Source of the DNA: Spironucleus salmonicida
Lineage: Eukaryota
DNA: 64,000 nt
Assembly (NCBI RefSeq): GCF_000497125.1
Contig: NC_090604.1
Location: 268,651 to 332,650 of the forward strand
Reading direction: 5' to 3'
Shown: in pieces, positions 13,780 through 28,181 of the stretch
Layout of the letters: each line of letters starts with the position of its first letter
How positions within the stretch are numbered: position 1 is the stretch's first letter
The notes under the pieces: model-generated
The model's input: the letters and a program-made list of their open reading frames with translations, nothing else
The model's database searches: none
What the model was told of the DNA's origin: nothing
Position numbers and translations under genes: made by a program

Positions 13780-14824
13780 GTCTTGCAATAATTAACATTT
13801 CTTAAATGATGACTAGAAAACGTGCTAGAAGGAAGAAGATTAAAATATTTATTTAAAAACATAAAAAAGTATGTGCGTGAAATATGGAGATGCCATTTCA
13901 GTGCTGTTTTACATTTTATACTATCACCTTTTTATACCATCACACATTCAACGGTTCTTATAATTTCTCTAAATATTTTTAAGATAATTTTCCATCGGAA
14001 AATATGACTTGTAAAAGCAAGCATAACACCTTAAGACCGAATTTAACTTATTTTGAAATAATTGCCTTTTTACATCTCTAAAAGATGTCTGATTTGGCTA
14101 GGGCGCCAAATTAAATTACAATCTCTAAAGACATAATATTCGAATCTGAATGCTACCTCAACGCGCCTTGACAAGATATTTTTAAATCTGCAAGAAATAC
14201 AGAATGAAAGGTAAATCAAATATATTTTTTCGTTAAAGGGAGACAATTGCTTTCTCAAAATTCTAAAGCTGTAATGTTTTAGACTAACAATCACTATTCA
14301 GACCTGTGTAAAGTTAATTTAATGGTTTTAAAAATATTAGTTATTTTATATTTCGCAACGCGAAGTATAAAGGGCTGATCTTTTAAAATAATCACTCAAA
14401 TTTGGCTGGGCTGAATGGTGACTTGCTGCTGACTGATTTCTGCTAATAATATATCTAGAGATCTATTTCAGTGTAGGAACTATCGAAACTGCTTCCAAAC
14501 ATATCAAAACTCGGCCTAGCGTTACTAATTAAGCCAAAAATATAATTTCACTTTTTATTTTTGTGCTGCTAAATATTAGTGCAAAACATACAGCTGATTG
14601 AATTTAGAGAATTAATTATCTTGGCTACTCCTAAGTTCGCTTACTTAAAAATATCATGTGGGTGCAGATAGTACTTCATCAACCATAGAAATAAATTTTC
14701 CGTAGTTTTAAAGAAAATCTAAGTCGGTTCAGAAATATAGTACTAATTTGTAATGTGTCTATCTGAAATAGTTTCCACTCGCAGTCCACCTTGCCATCCA
14801 TATACTCCAATTCAATGTAAATTC

Positions 14825-16963
14825 TCACTGCATGTTGAAGTTCTGCTTCTCCACCTTCTAGTTGGCCTTGGACTTCTTCATGTACCAGAAAGCGGCACCG
14901 GCGACTCCCCCCGCAACGACCAGGACAGCGATGACGATGCCCGCAACGGCGCCGCTGGAGAGGTTGGTGCTGAGCGTCTCGCCTTGTAGGAAGCAGAACG
15001 AGCCCACGGCGGTGGCCCCGTCTGCGCAGGTGGTGCACTTTTCATTTTCTAATTTGTAGCCTGGCATGCAGGACGCGCACTTTTTACTATCCGAACTATT
15101 GCATTAGAGGCAGTTTGCAGCAGTATCGCATTTGCACGCAGTTACCTGGCTGCTGCTCCCGCAGTCCACAATCGCTTCGGCAGTGCACGCCTTGCCCTCT
15201 GCCAGTGTACCCGTGCAATCCTTCTCGCATGTTTAATTGATGCTCATGGTGTGCTAAATGGCGCAGGTATCGCACGTTTCGAGGCTTTCGGAGCACATGG
15301 CGCACTTGGCCTCGCATTTCTAGCAGGCCATATCTACCATCAGGTAGCCGTCGTCACAGATGGAGCAGGTGCTGTCTGACGCCTTTTTGTAGCCGGTAAT
15401 GCAGGTGCCGCACTTTCCTTTATTAGAAGAATCGCAGGTAGCACAGTTAGTTGCTGCACCGCACTTGCACTGCTTTATCTTGTTTTACGTACAAGCCGTA
15501 CAGGTTTTATCCGTGGCGAAAAAGTCGTCCTTGCAAACCTTGCAGGTGTCTTTATTGTCGTCGCAGTTCGCGCAGTTGTCGGGACATGCTGTGCATTTTT
15601 CACTGTTCAACATAAAGCCGGCCTCGCAGGTCACGCACGTGCTTACTGCGCCCTTACACGTGGCGCAGTTGCCGGCGCAGTCTTTGCAGATCGTGTCGCA
15701 GATTTGGTTCGGGGCGCAGGTGCCGTCACCTGCTGTACATTTTTTCTCACATTTACTATTTTTCACAGAAAATCCATCTTTGCAAGCCGTGCAGGTGTCT
15801 TTGTTAGTTGGGCAGGTCGTGCAGTTTTCGTCTGTGCAGGCTACGCACTTGCTGGAGTCGATCGAAAATCCATCCTTGCATACGGTACAAGCTGAACTAG
15901 AAGAGCAGGTTGTGCAGTTTTCAGAGCAGGCCGTGCAAGTATCATTCCCATCTTTGGCATCCTTGAAAAATCCTGCTACGCATTTATCACAAGGAGTGTC
16001 TCCAGATGGGTCAAAATTGTTGATGCACGTTTTGCATTTACTTGTATCAGTCTCGCATGTTGAGCAGTTTTTAGCATTCTGACACTTGCAGGCAGTCATT
16101 TGGTTTGTACTGCATGGGACGCAGGTACTGTTGGTTAAAACGTTTCCGTCTTTACATGTCTAGCAGGTGTTTAATGCAGTACAGGTTGCGCATTTACCAT
16201 CGCATGCTGTGCAAGTATCAGTACCAGAATCACCCCCTTTGAAAAATCCTACCAAGCAGTTTTAACACGGAGTGCCATCGTTAACATCAAAGTTTCCTAT
16301 GCACGTTTTGCATTTGCCCATCTCACTAGAATTACATGTTTAGCAGTTTTTGGCAGCCTTGCACGTGCAGGCAGTTGCTTAGCTTTCAGTGCAGGCTACA
16401 CATTTGTTGTTTATGAGAGAAAATCCGTCATCGCAAGTTGTACAAACGGAACTGGACGTACAGGCCGTGCAGTTATTAGAGCAGGATGTACATTTACTAG
16501 GAGTTGCAGAAGTATCCTCGAAGAATTTCTCCTTGCATTTCTCGCAAGGGGTTTCTCCGTTTGGATCGTAGTCGTTGATACAGGTCGCGCATTTGCTCAT
16601 ATCATTAGCGCAAGTCGAGCAGTTCTCAGCAGAGTCGCATGTGCAGTTTGTGGTTTACCCTGAAACACAGGTGGCGCAGGTGGATCCACTTTGAACGTTT
16701 CCGTTAGTGCAGCTTTGGCAGGCGGTATCTTCACTTCCTGTGCAGGTAGTGCATTTCGAATCGCAGTCTGCGCAGGCTTCCCCACTAAGATACTTTCCAT
16801 CGGCGCAGGTTAAACATGTTGCATCTTCTGCGGATGTTCCTGTGCAGGTGGCGCACTCGTCTTTGCATTTGATGCATGGTGTGGACGTAGAGGCTACATT
16901 TGATGGACAGAAAGTACCTTCACTGCAGGTAGTTTTATCGCTAGAAGAACACTCATTAGTCAT
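14825..16963 (-). CDS. Large cysteine-rich membrane protein, CRMP2-type (712 aa), copy B2
   Basis: Code-6 ORF MTNECSSSDKTTC... with the same TM and tail as B1. Convergent with B1. Confidence 0.93.
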
Positions 16964-19900
16964 TTTGATAAAAGTGAAAATATAACTACAGTATAAATGT
17001 CAATATTACCGAGTATAGCAGTTTCGTGTTTTTCACTATTGAAGTGGAAGTGAAATATTTTATGGATAGCGTTTGCTATTAAATGAGGAATTGATATTGT
17101 GCAAATAAGTATAATTTAGTAAATTTTACTTAAAGTAGTTGTAGAGAAATCGCAGTAGATTCAACAAAAGAAATGGTGATGCCTTTATTATAGGCATGAG
17201 TGGTGTTATAATAGTTTATGCAAAGTGCGTAGTAACTTATAATCTTTAAAACACGTAAATCTTTAAATTGAGTTTATAATAGTTGTGCATACTAATATAA
17301 TACTGCAAAAACTAAAAGTGAAAAAATCCATATATTATATAATACTCCTGTTATTGCAGAAATAGCAGTAAGTTTACTAAATACCCAATTGCTGGTAATA
17401 GTTGGACTTATGGGTATTTAAACATAACTACTGCTCAAACCAACTTTATGCTGACCGAAGCTAACAATATTATTCGAGTATAATAAAATAATTCATATTT
17501 TAAAATAGTAGCGAATAATTTATTCGGATACTATTTAGACTAACATAGCTGCAAAATTCAAAAATATTTATGTCATTCTAATATGCTAAATTGAAAGATT
17601 GGTGAAAATGGCTAATATGATCTCAATTACTTCTTCTCGGCTAGCCTGATACCTAAATAGGCTGACCATACCAGCCACTCCGGACCGTACCAGAGCCCGT
17701 GCTACTATCCATGCTCGATACCCCCGAGGTATCAGAAGTTTGGCTGGTACCGTATTCTTCTGTTGGTATGTTTTCACTGATAGCATCCTAAATTCTAGTT
17801 TCCTACTAGTAATACAGGTTTCCCTTACTTTTCAGTTAAGATGTAGTAATAGGTGTTGACACCACTTCTATTCAGATCCCAGCTGTCCCATTAGTCAGCC
17901 TTGAGTCTATACATGCATTCCCCTTGCAGCACAGTATGCCAGAATATTAATAAACCTAGGTTTAAATTTAGCTTATCTATTACATGCTTTCCTAAAGTAG
18001 CAATGCTAGCATAGAATATATTTTAGTATTTCTATAACCTGTAGTGAGAGAGATAGGGTTGTTCACTGACTACATTATTGGGTAAGAACTTCACTTTCTA
18101 CTATCCTTATACCATCTATGCTATGATCTAAGGCTTACTAGCTAAATTAGTAAAATTTAAGTAATATACGTTTTAATCTGTCATAGCCTTAGCTGATAGT
18201 GATTAACTTCAATTAAATAAAAAAATATTTTTATTTTAATATTATATTCATTAGTTATCATAACACTTTTTAAGATTAAACCTGATAAGTTTTTGATAAT
18301 ACATATAATTTACCTTTACATTTTTCATCATATTATGTATTAACCTATTATGCAGAAACTTGGTAAATTAATCAATTTATAACTATTATAGTTTCAGTTT
18401 AATATAAGCAAACCTTCAGTTATTGATTTTTATTTTTATAGCAGATGCATATATTATATTAATTAGTATTTACTTGGGAATGAGTAGTAAATATTTTACT
18501 ACTTATAATTGTATTAGGAAATATTATCTAAATACTAAATAGCTAGCTAAATACAACTATTAAAACCTAAAAACTATTCAAACCACATCCTAATGCAATA
18601 AACTAAACGACTGCATTCAATATAGCACATACGCTAATCCTGGTAGCATTTCCTGCACAACCCCGCTAACATCTCATGCCCTTCCGCCCACTTCCCATCA
18701 TCCCCAACAGAACATTCGGCAAACCTCCCTTGCCGCCGTCCTGACCATAGCTGCAGGAAGTGCCTTTTCTGCGGCATCGCACTCACATGCGGGGGAAATA
18801 CCTTCCAGATAAGTAGTTAGAATACCCTCCTAAAAATAGTTGCAGTTCGCGGTTCCGTTACCGCGTATGGTAGTACTGTAGCCGTTGTCATCGCGGGAAT
18901 TGCAAAATGCAGCAGAAGCGTAAACATAACATTTTGACTCGCACAGGCGCAGCACTTCGTTGGAGCTGCACAATATGCCTTTGCACTATTTGCTCAGCAC
19001 TCTCGATACGTCGAACAATCGAATATACTATTTTGGGCTCCCCTTCATTCCACCAGAATGTATATTATGTAAGGTTGTGCGCATGCGGTGTACGGGATTC
19101 TGTCTAGAAAGGCCCAGGAGGGCCCTCAGCCCAGGCAGCGAATCAGTATTTCTTGCCGTCTACTATCTCCCTGTCGTCGGCATACCATCCCAGGTCCAGC
19201 TTCGTGCGGTATGTGCACGGGACACACTTCTCGGATCCTACGCGGGTGACTGGCAGATATGACCGACCTAGCATGGTTTTGCAGTGCCTTACAGCTTGTG
19301 GGTGGTCTTCTGTTTCGAACTGAGGAACTGTAGCATGATTCTCCTAAAGAGCGCAAATTGGTTTTCATGTTTTTCTATTTTGCTAAGTTGGGACTAGGTT
19401 GGGTATCCAGAGCTAAGCTCATGATGCGATTAGTATCCTGCATATTATATAAACTAGATACCAAAATTAAAATTCCGCTCCAATTAATATTAGACACTAA
19501 CGTATTAGATTGAATATGACACCCTATGACGACAATATGAGTCCACTGGCGGCCAGCACTCGCCCTGCACGGCCAGCTATCCCAATACTAGCATGCACAG
19601 AGTATGCAAAGCCACAGACAAGACAGTGGGTGATTGATACTTTGAGTTATCAGCCTGCATCTTCCCGCCAGCAGGAATAATCGCGCCTCTCAGAGCACAG
19701 TTCGAACCACTACGATAATTTCCACTTTCTCTTATTCCCGCGCCTGCTGCTCAAATCCGTACGGCCTCTGCTCCAGCACGACTAGATGATACCGGGGCCA
19801 TCCACCCATATTATGCCAAACTCTATCACTTCCTGGCCTTCTTGATGAAGTAGTATGCCAAGCCGCCACCAATTGCACCAGCAACCACCAAAACCCCTAT

Positions 19901-21759
19901 GATAATGCCGGCAATCGCACCACCACCTATTTTATTCTGCTAGCCTGCGTCCTACTTGGGCCAGCACAATCTTCCTCTAACTTCATACCCGTCCGTACAT
20001 TCTGTGCACGCCCCGCCTTTCGCCTTCACTATATTAGGTAAACATGTCTCACATGCAGCATTAGCGTCATTGCAGGAGGCACAGTTTACAGCATCTCCGC
20101 ATTTGCAGGCCGAATCAAGCCCTTCCGCGCACGATGTTGGAGCGCCATTCTTGCAGTATTATCCATCTTGGAGGTTATTGCAGATGGTCGTGCACGTTCC
20201 GTCTATAGTAGTAGTATGTGAGCTTGAATTACAGAAGTTGCACACTGTTTTTGAGGAGCAAATAGTACAATTTGATTCGCATTTCACGCAGCGATTTACG
20301 GTCAAGTCGCAGAAAGTCGAAAATTCATTTTAGCAGCCTTTTAAAGAATTGCAAACTCTAACGCATGTATCATTTTCCATGGTGTAGCCCTCAGCGCAAG
20401 CCTCGCATGAATCAGGCCTCGTACACTTACCGCACCCCTTTGAACACAAGGTGCACTTATCTTTCTCTAGAAAACTTCCGGGGATGCATTAGGAGCATTT
20501 TTACTCTGCGCATGCTCTACAATTGGTAATAGCTGTATTGTCCACACAGTAGCAGCCTTGACCGAGTTTTATATCATCGGAGCAAGGGAGGCATGTAACT
20601 TCAGTGCTGCCGGTGGCCGGGCAGTAAAATCCTGCCTGACAGCGGGCATTTACGCTGTCACATGTTCCGGCGAAGATCATTTTTGGAAGGGTGGATGCAA
20701 GTATTATAGCAGAATAACCGTTATATAAAATAACTTACCAGTTTCGAATTTATTGAATATTGCTTGATATGGTGTATAAATTATTATATCCAAAAACTAA
20801 AGACTGAATAACGTATTTATATCTATAAAGTATATATTTGTGAGAACAGTTTTCCCAGTGTTTTCTAGCTTGTAGATGTATATAAGGTAAGTCTCCGAAT
20901 TGGGTCTTGTAGCGGAACTGCATGAGCCTACCACGCGCACTGGTATCAGCGCGGTACACCGAGAGGGCCTTGGAGCAGTGAACTGGGATATGCAGGTACG
21001 CGGTAATAACACCTCCAGAAAGCGCACTCTGCAACGCAGCAAGCAGGCTTTGGGGGCTCTTACCACGCCCAACGATGCTAATAAATAAGTGCGCTTCCCA
21101 GACAGCCTAGCATGCTCCTAAGAATTTACGCAAGGTATCCCCTCAAGGGCCTCATTGAGCTAGGCAACCTCCTGGAAGTTGGTCTGGGCCGCGCTGCAGT
21201 GGTTCTGCTGCCCACCTATACCACAGGCTGGCTCTAACCGCGTTATCAGCTGGGTCTCGCTCTCGGGATAGCGAAATACGGAAAGAAGCTGCCCCTAATT
21301 ATGTGGCTGCATGCGGCACCTTCCCATTCCCTGGTATTGCTTCTCCAATTTTTATTTCTTGTCCGAAGCGCACTTAGCAGGCTTTCCTGCACGTTCGCAT
21401 TCCCCAATTACCATTTATCGCACCGCCTCGCAATACAGACCGACTGCAGCCTCCGAGCTCTGCCCCTGGGCTCCTGTATCAGCTATATTGAATATGGGTA
21501 TATGCAGAAACTGGGGAATTCCGTTTTTGCTATATACGTTGTATAGTATATAGTTATAATAATGATCTTAATAAACTAAAAATGTAAACCACGCTTCCTG
21601 CACCTAGCACCGCCCTGCACTTTGGCGAGAAAGTTCTCAGCATTTCCAAACACCGCAAATTCTGGTTTTGAAGCGTCATAATCGGTGCACCATATATATT
21701 CTGACGTTCAGGACGCGCCAGCCCATATCGTTATGTCACCAATCTGCTTTTTGTGACGG
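16964..21759. repeat. Inner arm (left) of inverted duplication; partner 31208-36007
   Basis: Near-identical reverse complement. Coordinate sum is 52967 for the arm boundary and both CRMP ends. Identity stops at ...gtgacgg (21759). Confidence 0.92.
19826..20680 (-). CDS. Cysteine-rich membrane protein, CRMP1-type (284 aa, KKARK)
   Basis: Code-6 [24 protein letters not shown]...[14 protein letters not shown]. Confidence 0.92.
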
Positions 21760-22452
21760 CAATGGCAGCAAGCGAACCCTGGTGCCGGATTTTACCCTTA
21801 TTGCTTTAGCTATTTACATTGTGGAATTCCGTGCTGGATCGAGCGTGAGAAACGCGGAGGCCGCCTCTACCGACAGGCGGCACGTTTTAGCAAGTATCCG
21901 TCTCTAGCTTCAAAAGGAAATATAATAATATAACTATTAATTTTCCACTCTACTTTATTAATAATTAAATTATATATAATAATATATAATTAGCACTCCA
22001 ATAAATATAAAACTGCATTATTATATGGTATATTTCATAATATTACCAAATCCTTGCACCTAAACCATTTTCAAATTAACTTGATACATCACTTTTGCAA
22101 GAAAAATGGCCTCATTGCTGCAAAAATTAGCCCTCTTGGGTGCTTTCCTCAGATATTTCAGCACAAATCCAAAATTGCGATTTCTGAATAAGCATTTGCC
22201 AGCCCTAAGCTTACTATCAGCATTTTATTTATCTTCTACATTTTAAACCCCTAAGCATCAAAATAGCTCACGTTCCATACATGCACAATTCTACTAATCA
22301 TGAACTCCCTATTATCATATAATACATATTTCCATCAAAATATTTTATAAATACTAAATTCTCCGCTCCACATTTACCAAAACGCAATTATCAATATTAT
22401 ATCTATATAATTACATACACTCCCCTCCATCTACATCCAAAAAGTTCACTCC

Positions 22453-25400
22453 TCAAATATGCCCCAGCAGCCGCTGGATCATCAGCTTCTCGTCCCCGCT
22501 CAGCAGGCTGCGCTCGTTCTTGCTCTGGTAGCTGCGGATCGTCTCGTCGAAGTGCGTCGCCATCTGCGGCGTCTGGCTGTTCAGCGACGAGACCTGCACG
22601 TTTACGGGGTTGATGCGCCCCTGCGGCTCCGGGCGCCGGAAGGCGTTAGTTTCACTATGGCCATTATGGGAGTTATATCCGTTATCGACATTAAGGCCTT
22701 TATAATCATAAGATTCATTATCGACGTTCTTAACCCTCTACGGCTAATATTACGAGATAATATTCAAAATATCCTTCCCAGTCGAATCAGACGGCGAATA
22801 GCGCTGCGTAGCGCCCTACACATTCGCAATTGGCGTCTCCGCCCCGTCCTTCGCGCGATTCGCCAAACTGCGCTGAGGCGCCTTAGAGCCCGAATTTGAC
22901 GCTTTGGGAGCATTCGAATTCTTTATATCACATGATTTGATGTTCTTATCGTATTTTCCGCTTCTAAAATCTGCTAATTCTTCACCAGCCGCATTTCTGG
23001 CGCGCGCAATTTCGCTAATTTCGCTCAGCTGATCGTCGATAACGGACCTTTTCCCTTCCTTTTTACTCATTTTTCCGCTCCTAATTTCGAACGAATCGTC
23101 CAAATTTTGTTCCAAATTTTCGTATTTTCGGGCGTTTTTCGAGGCGGCGCCGCCGTACAAATCGATCGTGTCCTTCATCGCGCTGCACTGCTTCTTCAGC
23201 TGCGAATTTTCCTTCTTTACGCTCGCAATTTGAGCCTCAAAATTCGATTTTTCGCTCCTAATTGCTTAAAACTGATTATTTAGTTAAGCATATTTTTCAA
23301 TTTGAATTTGATTTTCCACTCCTTTTTCGAGTAAACCACAAATGCCGCGCATGAATTCTTCAGTCGGGCAGGCGATTTTGACGATTTCTGCGCTGGAAAC
23401 GTCGAATTCGTCAGCGATGTCGACGCCGTACTCGAATTGGCCGGCTGTGCACTTCGAAATTCGCACGAAAGACATCGCAAATTGCTGGACTTTCTGTTTC
23501 AGTTTGTTCGAATTTAATAGCAACTTTTTCGATTTTTGCGCCAATTTATCTTAAATTTGTGTTATTTATTATATATTATCGATATAATTTTTGTTTTCAA
23601 ATTCTACGGTTTTCAGTTTTTTCTGTACCTTTCCTAATTCCTATTATAATTATTATATATCATTATACAATTATTAATCTTGCGTTTTAAACTGCGGATT
23701 TAGCGAATTATTTGTCGTCAAAACGGCCATCTGGCTCGTCAAATCGTTCACCAGACGCTGTTTTTGCTCAATTTCACTTTGAATTTGATTTTTCATTTCT
23801 TTTTCGGTGATTTTCAATTTTTCGTTTTCGCGCTTTAAAAGTTCATTTTCGGCGTTAAAAACGGCGTATTTTTGGCTTTGCTGCTGGTGGTTTTGGCTGG
23901 TCTGATTGAGCTGCGTCTGCGTCTCCTCAAACTGCTGTTTGCTGTACTAAAATTGCGTCTGCTGCTCTGCGAGGAGCTTCTCGACTTCGAAAAGTTCTTT
24001 TTTCAGCGTCTCGTTCTGGGCCGTCAGAGCGACTAAACGGCGCTCCAAATCGACGTTCATCGCGCTCACGTGGTCCAAATTCTCGCCTAAAATTGCGGTT
24101 TTTTCTTTCTCTGAATTGTATAGTTTTGATAATTCCTCACATTCGCTATTAACATTATTATATTGTTAAAGTGATTTGTGGTTCATGGTTTCGAATTTTT
24201 CGTTATCTTGTTTCAAGTACTTGAGTTGGTTTTCTTGTTTTTCGGTGAGCAGTTTGAGATCGGCGATTTCTTCGCGCAAATGGCGCATTTGCTGACGGTT
24301 TTCGGCGGTTTCGATTTCTCCGGCAGAAATCAGTTTCTGTAGATTTGAATTTTTTTCGATTATGTTCTTATTATCATATAATAATTGATTTAAATTTGTT
24401 TTTTCAGTTTCCAAATTCGTATTTTGTGTTTCCAATTCGCGGGCTAAGGCGACGAGTTCTCTGTTTTTCGTTAAGGCTTCCTTTCGTGCGTTGCCGAGCT
24501 GGTTCAGCTCGATTTCCAGCTCTTAAACTCTAGCTTTGATAATGTCGAACTTCTATTTTAATAATTAATATTATTCAGTTTTTTCTGTCAATTGTTATTA
24601 TTATATAGTAATACTCTATTACTATGAACTTTCCTTTCCTTATAAACTTGATAGGTCAAATTTTAACTATTCTATTTATATATTATAATTATCTATCATT
24701 TTTTCCATTCCACTAATTCGTTAATTTTCAATTTAGAGCTGTATAATGTTGTTTTTCATGTCGTTCAAATGTGTTTATTATTGCTCGTTATTGCGCTCTA
24801 ATTCAATCAGTTTTTAGGTCTTTTCAGCTGAGAAATTCTGTTCGTTTTGAATGATAACTTTTAGATCGACAATTTGCTTTTTCTAAACGTCATTTTCTTC
24901 GATTTAGAACTTAATTTTATCTTCCAATTGTATACTAAGCTAAGCTAATTCTAAAACTAGTTTTGGCACAATTACACAATTATTTACATTATTATTTAAT
25001 ATATCGGATAATTATTCAAAAGTTTCTTCCACTCCACTTTCTACGGTTTTTGATAATTCATTTAATTGCAATATAATATCAATATCTGAAAAATTTGGGA
25101 AACTTGAAGCTTAAATAATTTTATTAAGTTCATTATTATTTAATAATCCTAACGATTACCTCAAAGATTTATCTGGAACGGACATTGCAAAAAGCGATTT
25201 TATAGAACGTTAGAATGCCGATTTTACCGTTTGAAGAGACGTGAAATGCACGAATTGATTTTTGCTCTCTAAACTGCTCTCGACTTTTTGCTTTTTTTCA
25301 CTTTCAATTTGACTTTCCACTTCATAACGAATTTTCACACTTTTCTTAACAATTTGCTCAATTTCGTTCAATATTTCAATTTCCAATTAACTCAATTGCG

Positions 25401-26685
25401 AATTCAATTGGTTTTTCCACTCCACATTGTTTTCATGATTTTCTATTATTATATTATTACTATTAAGTATTTAAATTGTTTCCTATAGAATTAATGTAAG
25501 CGGTTTATTTTAAACTTCTGACTGCGCGAAAGTATTTGAAGTGAACGTTTTGTTCAGCGTAGGAGTAGGGATTGCGTGCAGCAGCTTTTGGAGACTGTGA
25601 AGGAACGGAGAAATTTGATGATATTGCTATTACGGCACGAACTGCTATTCCTGCACCTGCTGGTAATAGGCTGAGTCTATTAGTTGCGGTTGCTGGTACT
25701 GTGGTATTAGTGTTTGCTAGGGGACTTCTGCGTAGACGTATTGGGGTTGTTGAGGAATGGTTTAATATTATGGATTGAATTGTTAATTTGGAATGAATTA
25801 CTATTAATTCGGAACGAACTATTGTTATTATGGAATCATTTGTTATAATTATGGTTAATTCGGAACTATTTGTTACTGATTTGGAATCATTTATTGCTAT
25901 TATAGCAGCTACTAGTTTGGAATCATTTATTACTCCTAATTAGTGTAAATAAACTACTCTGATTGCCCTTAAATCGGCTGCTGGTATTACACTTGCGACT
26001 GCCCCTAAAACGTATCCTACAATGACTAATTCTAGGCACCTAGATCTCTCAGCTCCCTGTTCAGTTGGTTTATTTGCTCTGCGTAGTCTGAAATTTCTGA
26101 GTTTTTGCTTTTTTCGGAGTCCTGCAGCTGCTTGGTCAGATGCTTCAGCTCCTCAAGCTCCTGGTCTTTACTTTGGAGCATTTGAACGCTGCGGTTTAGC
26201 GCATTTATGATGTCCGTTTTTAGCGCGGCGATGTCGTTTTTAAAGTTTCCAGAGAATACCTCGGTCACGTTCGGATTCAGGTGCTGGTCGCACATATTGC
26301 GGTAGTCCGTAATTTGCTGCTGAAAATTGAACTGTGAGGGTTTAATGAAGCTATCGTTGAGAATTTTCGTTATATCAGTGGAAATTGGCTCCGGGCAGGC
26401 GCGCTGCAAGGATTTGAGGCAGTTCTCCCTAGTGATACAGGTAAAGCACGATTTTGGCTTCTCCAGAATGGCTTTGTAGCGGTTGAAGAGGTAGCGCGAG
26501 AGGTCCATATGCGGTGCGACGAGGTTCGGGTCATCTATAATGGCATCGATGATGCTACCTAACTGTTTTGTAGGAGGTACTTTCAAAAACGACAGCTTGC
26601 TCAATAGCGATAAATCGATGCTGGTCTGGTCGTTGTCTAATGAAATTTCAGGTGGGATATTCTGGGTTGAATTTGGGGAGCTCAT
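22453..26685 (-). CDS. Large coiled-coil hypothetical protein (1410 aa) with Gln/Pro-rich repeat region
   Basis: One frame with no TGA from ATG 26685 to TGA 22453. It joins track ORFs 26032, 24166, 23284 and 22816, which are all in the same frame. E/K/Q/L-rich heptad-like composition; AGTGA follows the stop. Confidence 0.88.
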
Positions 26686-26990
26686 TAAAATTTGGAGTGG
26701 AATTTATAATTCTCTCTCATATGATATAATACTATAAAAATTAATAAGGAAAATGCGTTTCCCAAAATTTGCTAATTTTTTTTAAATTGATTACAATTGG
26801 TTCAAATTTGCTCATCAAAGCCCGTAGCCCACATATAGGTTTAGCTGAGCCTTATGTACAGCAATTTCGGGGCCAAAACGGCACCAAATCCAGAAATTAA
26901 TTTATAGAAACTGAAATTTTTACAATACAACTTCTATACAATTTTTTATTGTTTTGAATTTCCAGAGCTCTACAATTAGGTTAGATATTC

Positions 26991-27131
26991 ATGCCTTCCG
27001 ATTATTATAAAATGAAATCGACGGTTTCCTATGAGCCAAATCTTGAGCTCAGCGACCTGGACAAGTTCAGAGTAAGATTTGCCCCTAACATTGCGAAAAG
27101 TAACCCGTACCTAGAAGAATACAGTGACTGA
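26991..27131 (+). CDS. Possible small hypothetical protein (46 aa)
   Basis: MPSDYYKMKSTVSYEPNLELSDLDKFRVRFAPNIAKSNPYLEEYSD-TGA with AGTGA just before the stop. Very short. Confidence 0.3.
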   Translation: MPSDYYKMKSTVSYEPNLELSDLDKFRVRFAPNIAKSNPYLEEYSD

Positions 27132-27316
27132 ATGCGCTATTCTGCCACACCTCAACTCAGATTTGTCCCGCCCCAAGCAACCCTATAAATCTAACCAAAT
27201 TTCCATTAATTATAGCATAATAACATATAATAGCTCCGTTCCAAAATTTTGTATACCAACTATATAAAATTAGTTTAAATAGTTTATTATATATTATCTC
27301 ATCCTCATTCGTTAAA

Positions 27317-27970
27317 ATGTTCAACAACGAAAATTCGCAAATCTTCCTAGATATCTCGTTCACAGATATCTTCAACTCCGTGCAACCCCAGCTGGATCTG
27401 CTACCGCTCCCCTCGCTCTACTCGACCAACTCCTCATTCTCGAACTCGTTAACGCCGACACTACCCCCACACACCACTTCATACGAACACATATCCCTTC
27501 CACTCTGCTAATTACCAAAACAATTAGATCCGATATAATAATACAATATAACTCCCCTTCCACTTTCTTTTCCTTAAAAAAAGATTGTTTTTGACGTAAA
27601 ATCGCACAAATTTTTGACCGAAAACGAGACAATTTACACTTTTTGCCCGGACCAGAACGACATTTTGACGCTTTTGGTGGCTTCTTACACCCGTCCAAAC
27701 TGGCCGGAAATAGCCCAAATTCTGTAGAAATAATGCCCCTTTGGGAGCAAATGGACAGCCCAGCAGTGCTATTAGCACTATAATCGCGTCAGCAGACCCG
27801 ATTTGGTGAAAGGGCGCTGGAGCGGAGAGGAGGACCGGAAGCTTTATATCATATTGACGAAATTTGGCAGTGGAAAATTTGGAGAAGTCTGTAAGAACAT
27901 GGAAGGAAGGAGCGATAATCAGATTCGTTATCGAATTCGGAAGTTGTGGCCATAGTGGTGGGATTTGTGA
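27317..27970 (+). CDS. Myb-like DNA-binding domain protein (two Myb/SANT repeats, 217 aa to first TGA)
   Basis: Code-6 translation contains NWPEIAQIL...WTAQQCYQHYNRVSRPDLVKGRWSGEEDRKL...GKFGEVCKNMEGRSDNQIRYR, typical of R2R3-type Myb repeats. Confidence 0.88.
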
Positions 27971-28181
27971 AGGTAGATTTGGAAGAAGTGGAAAGTTGAA
28001 TTAGAATTAGCATATTTAGATTTTGAGATAGTGAAGCCAGTTCATAAGATCATAAGAGAAATGCTGAGTGATGAGGAAGTGAAGTTTTGGTGATAAAATC
28101 ATAGTTGCATCAGATTTTGAAGGGAAGCAGGCAATATATCAATTATATAGAAAAATGAGGAAATTGATAGTTAAAAATATT

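Larger units (their letters stand above)
9517..14824 (+). repeat. Middle segment 'M' between convergent large CRMPs; direct-repeat partner 38153-43441
   Basis: Same-strand match from gaatttacgtggaattaagtttgg to ccaattcaatgtaaattc in both copies. Confidence 0.9.
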
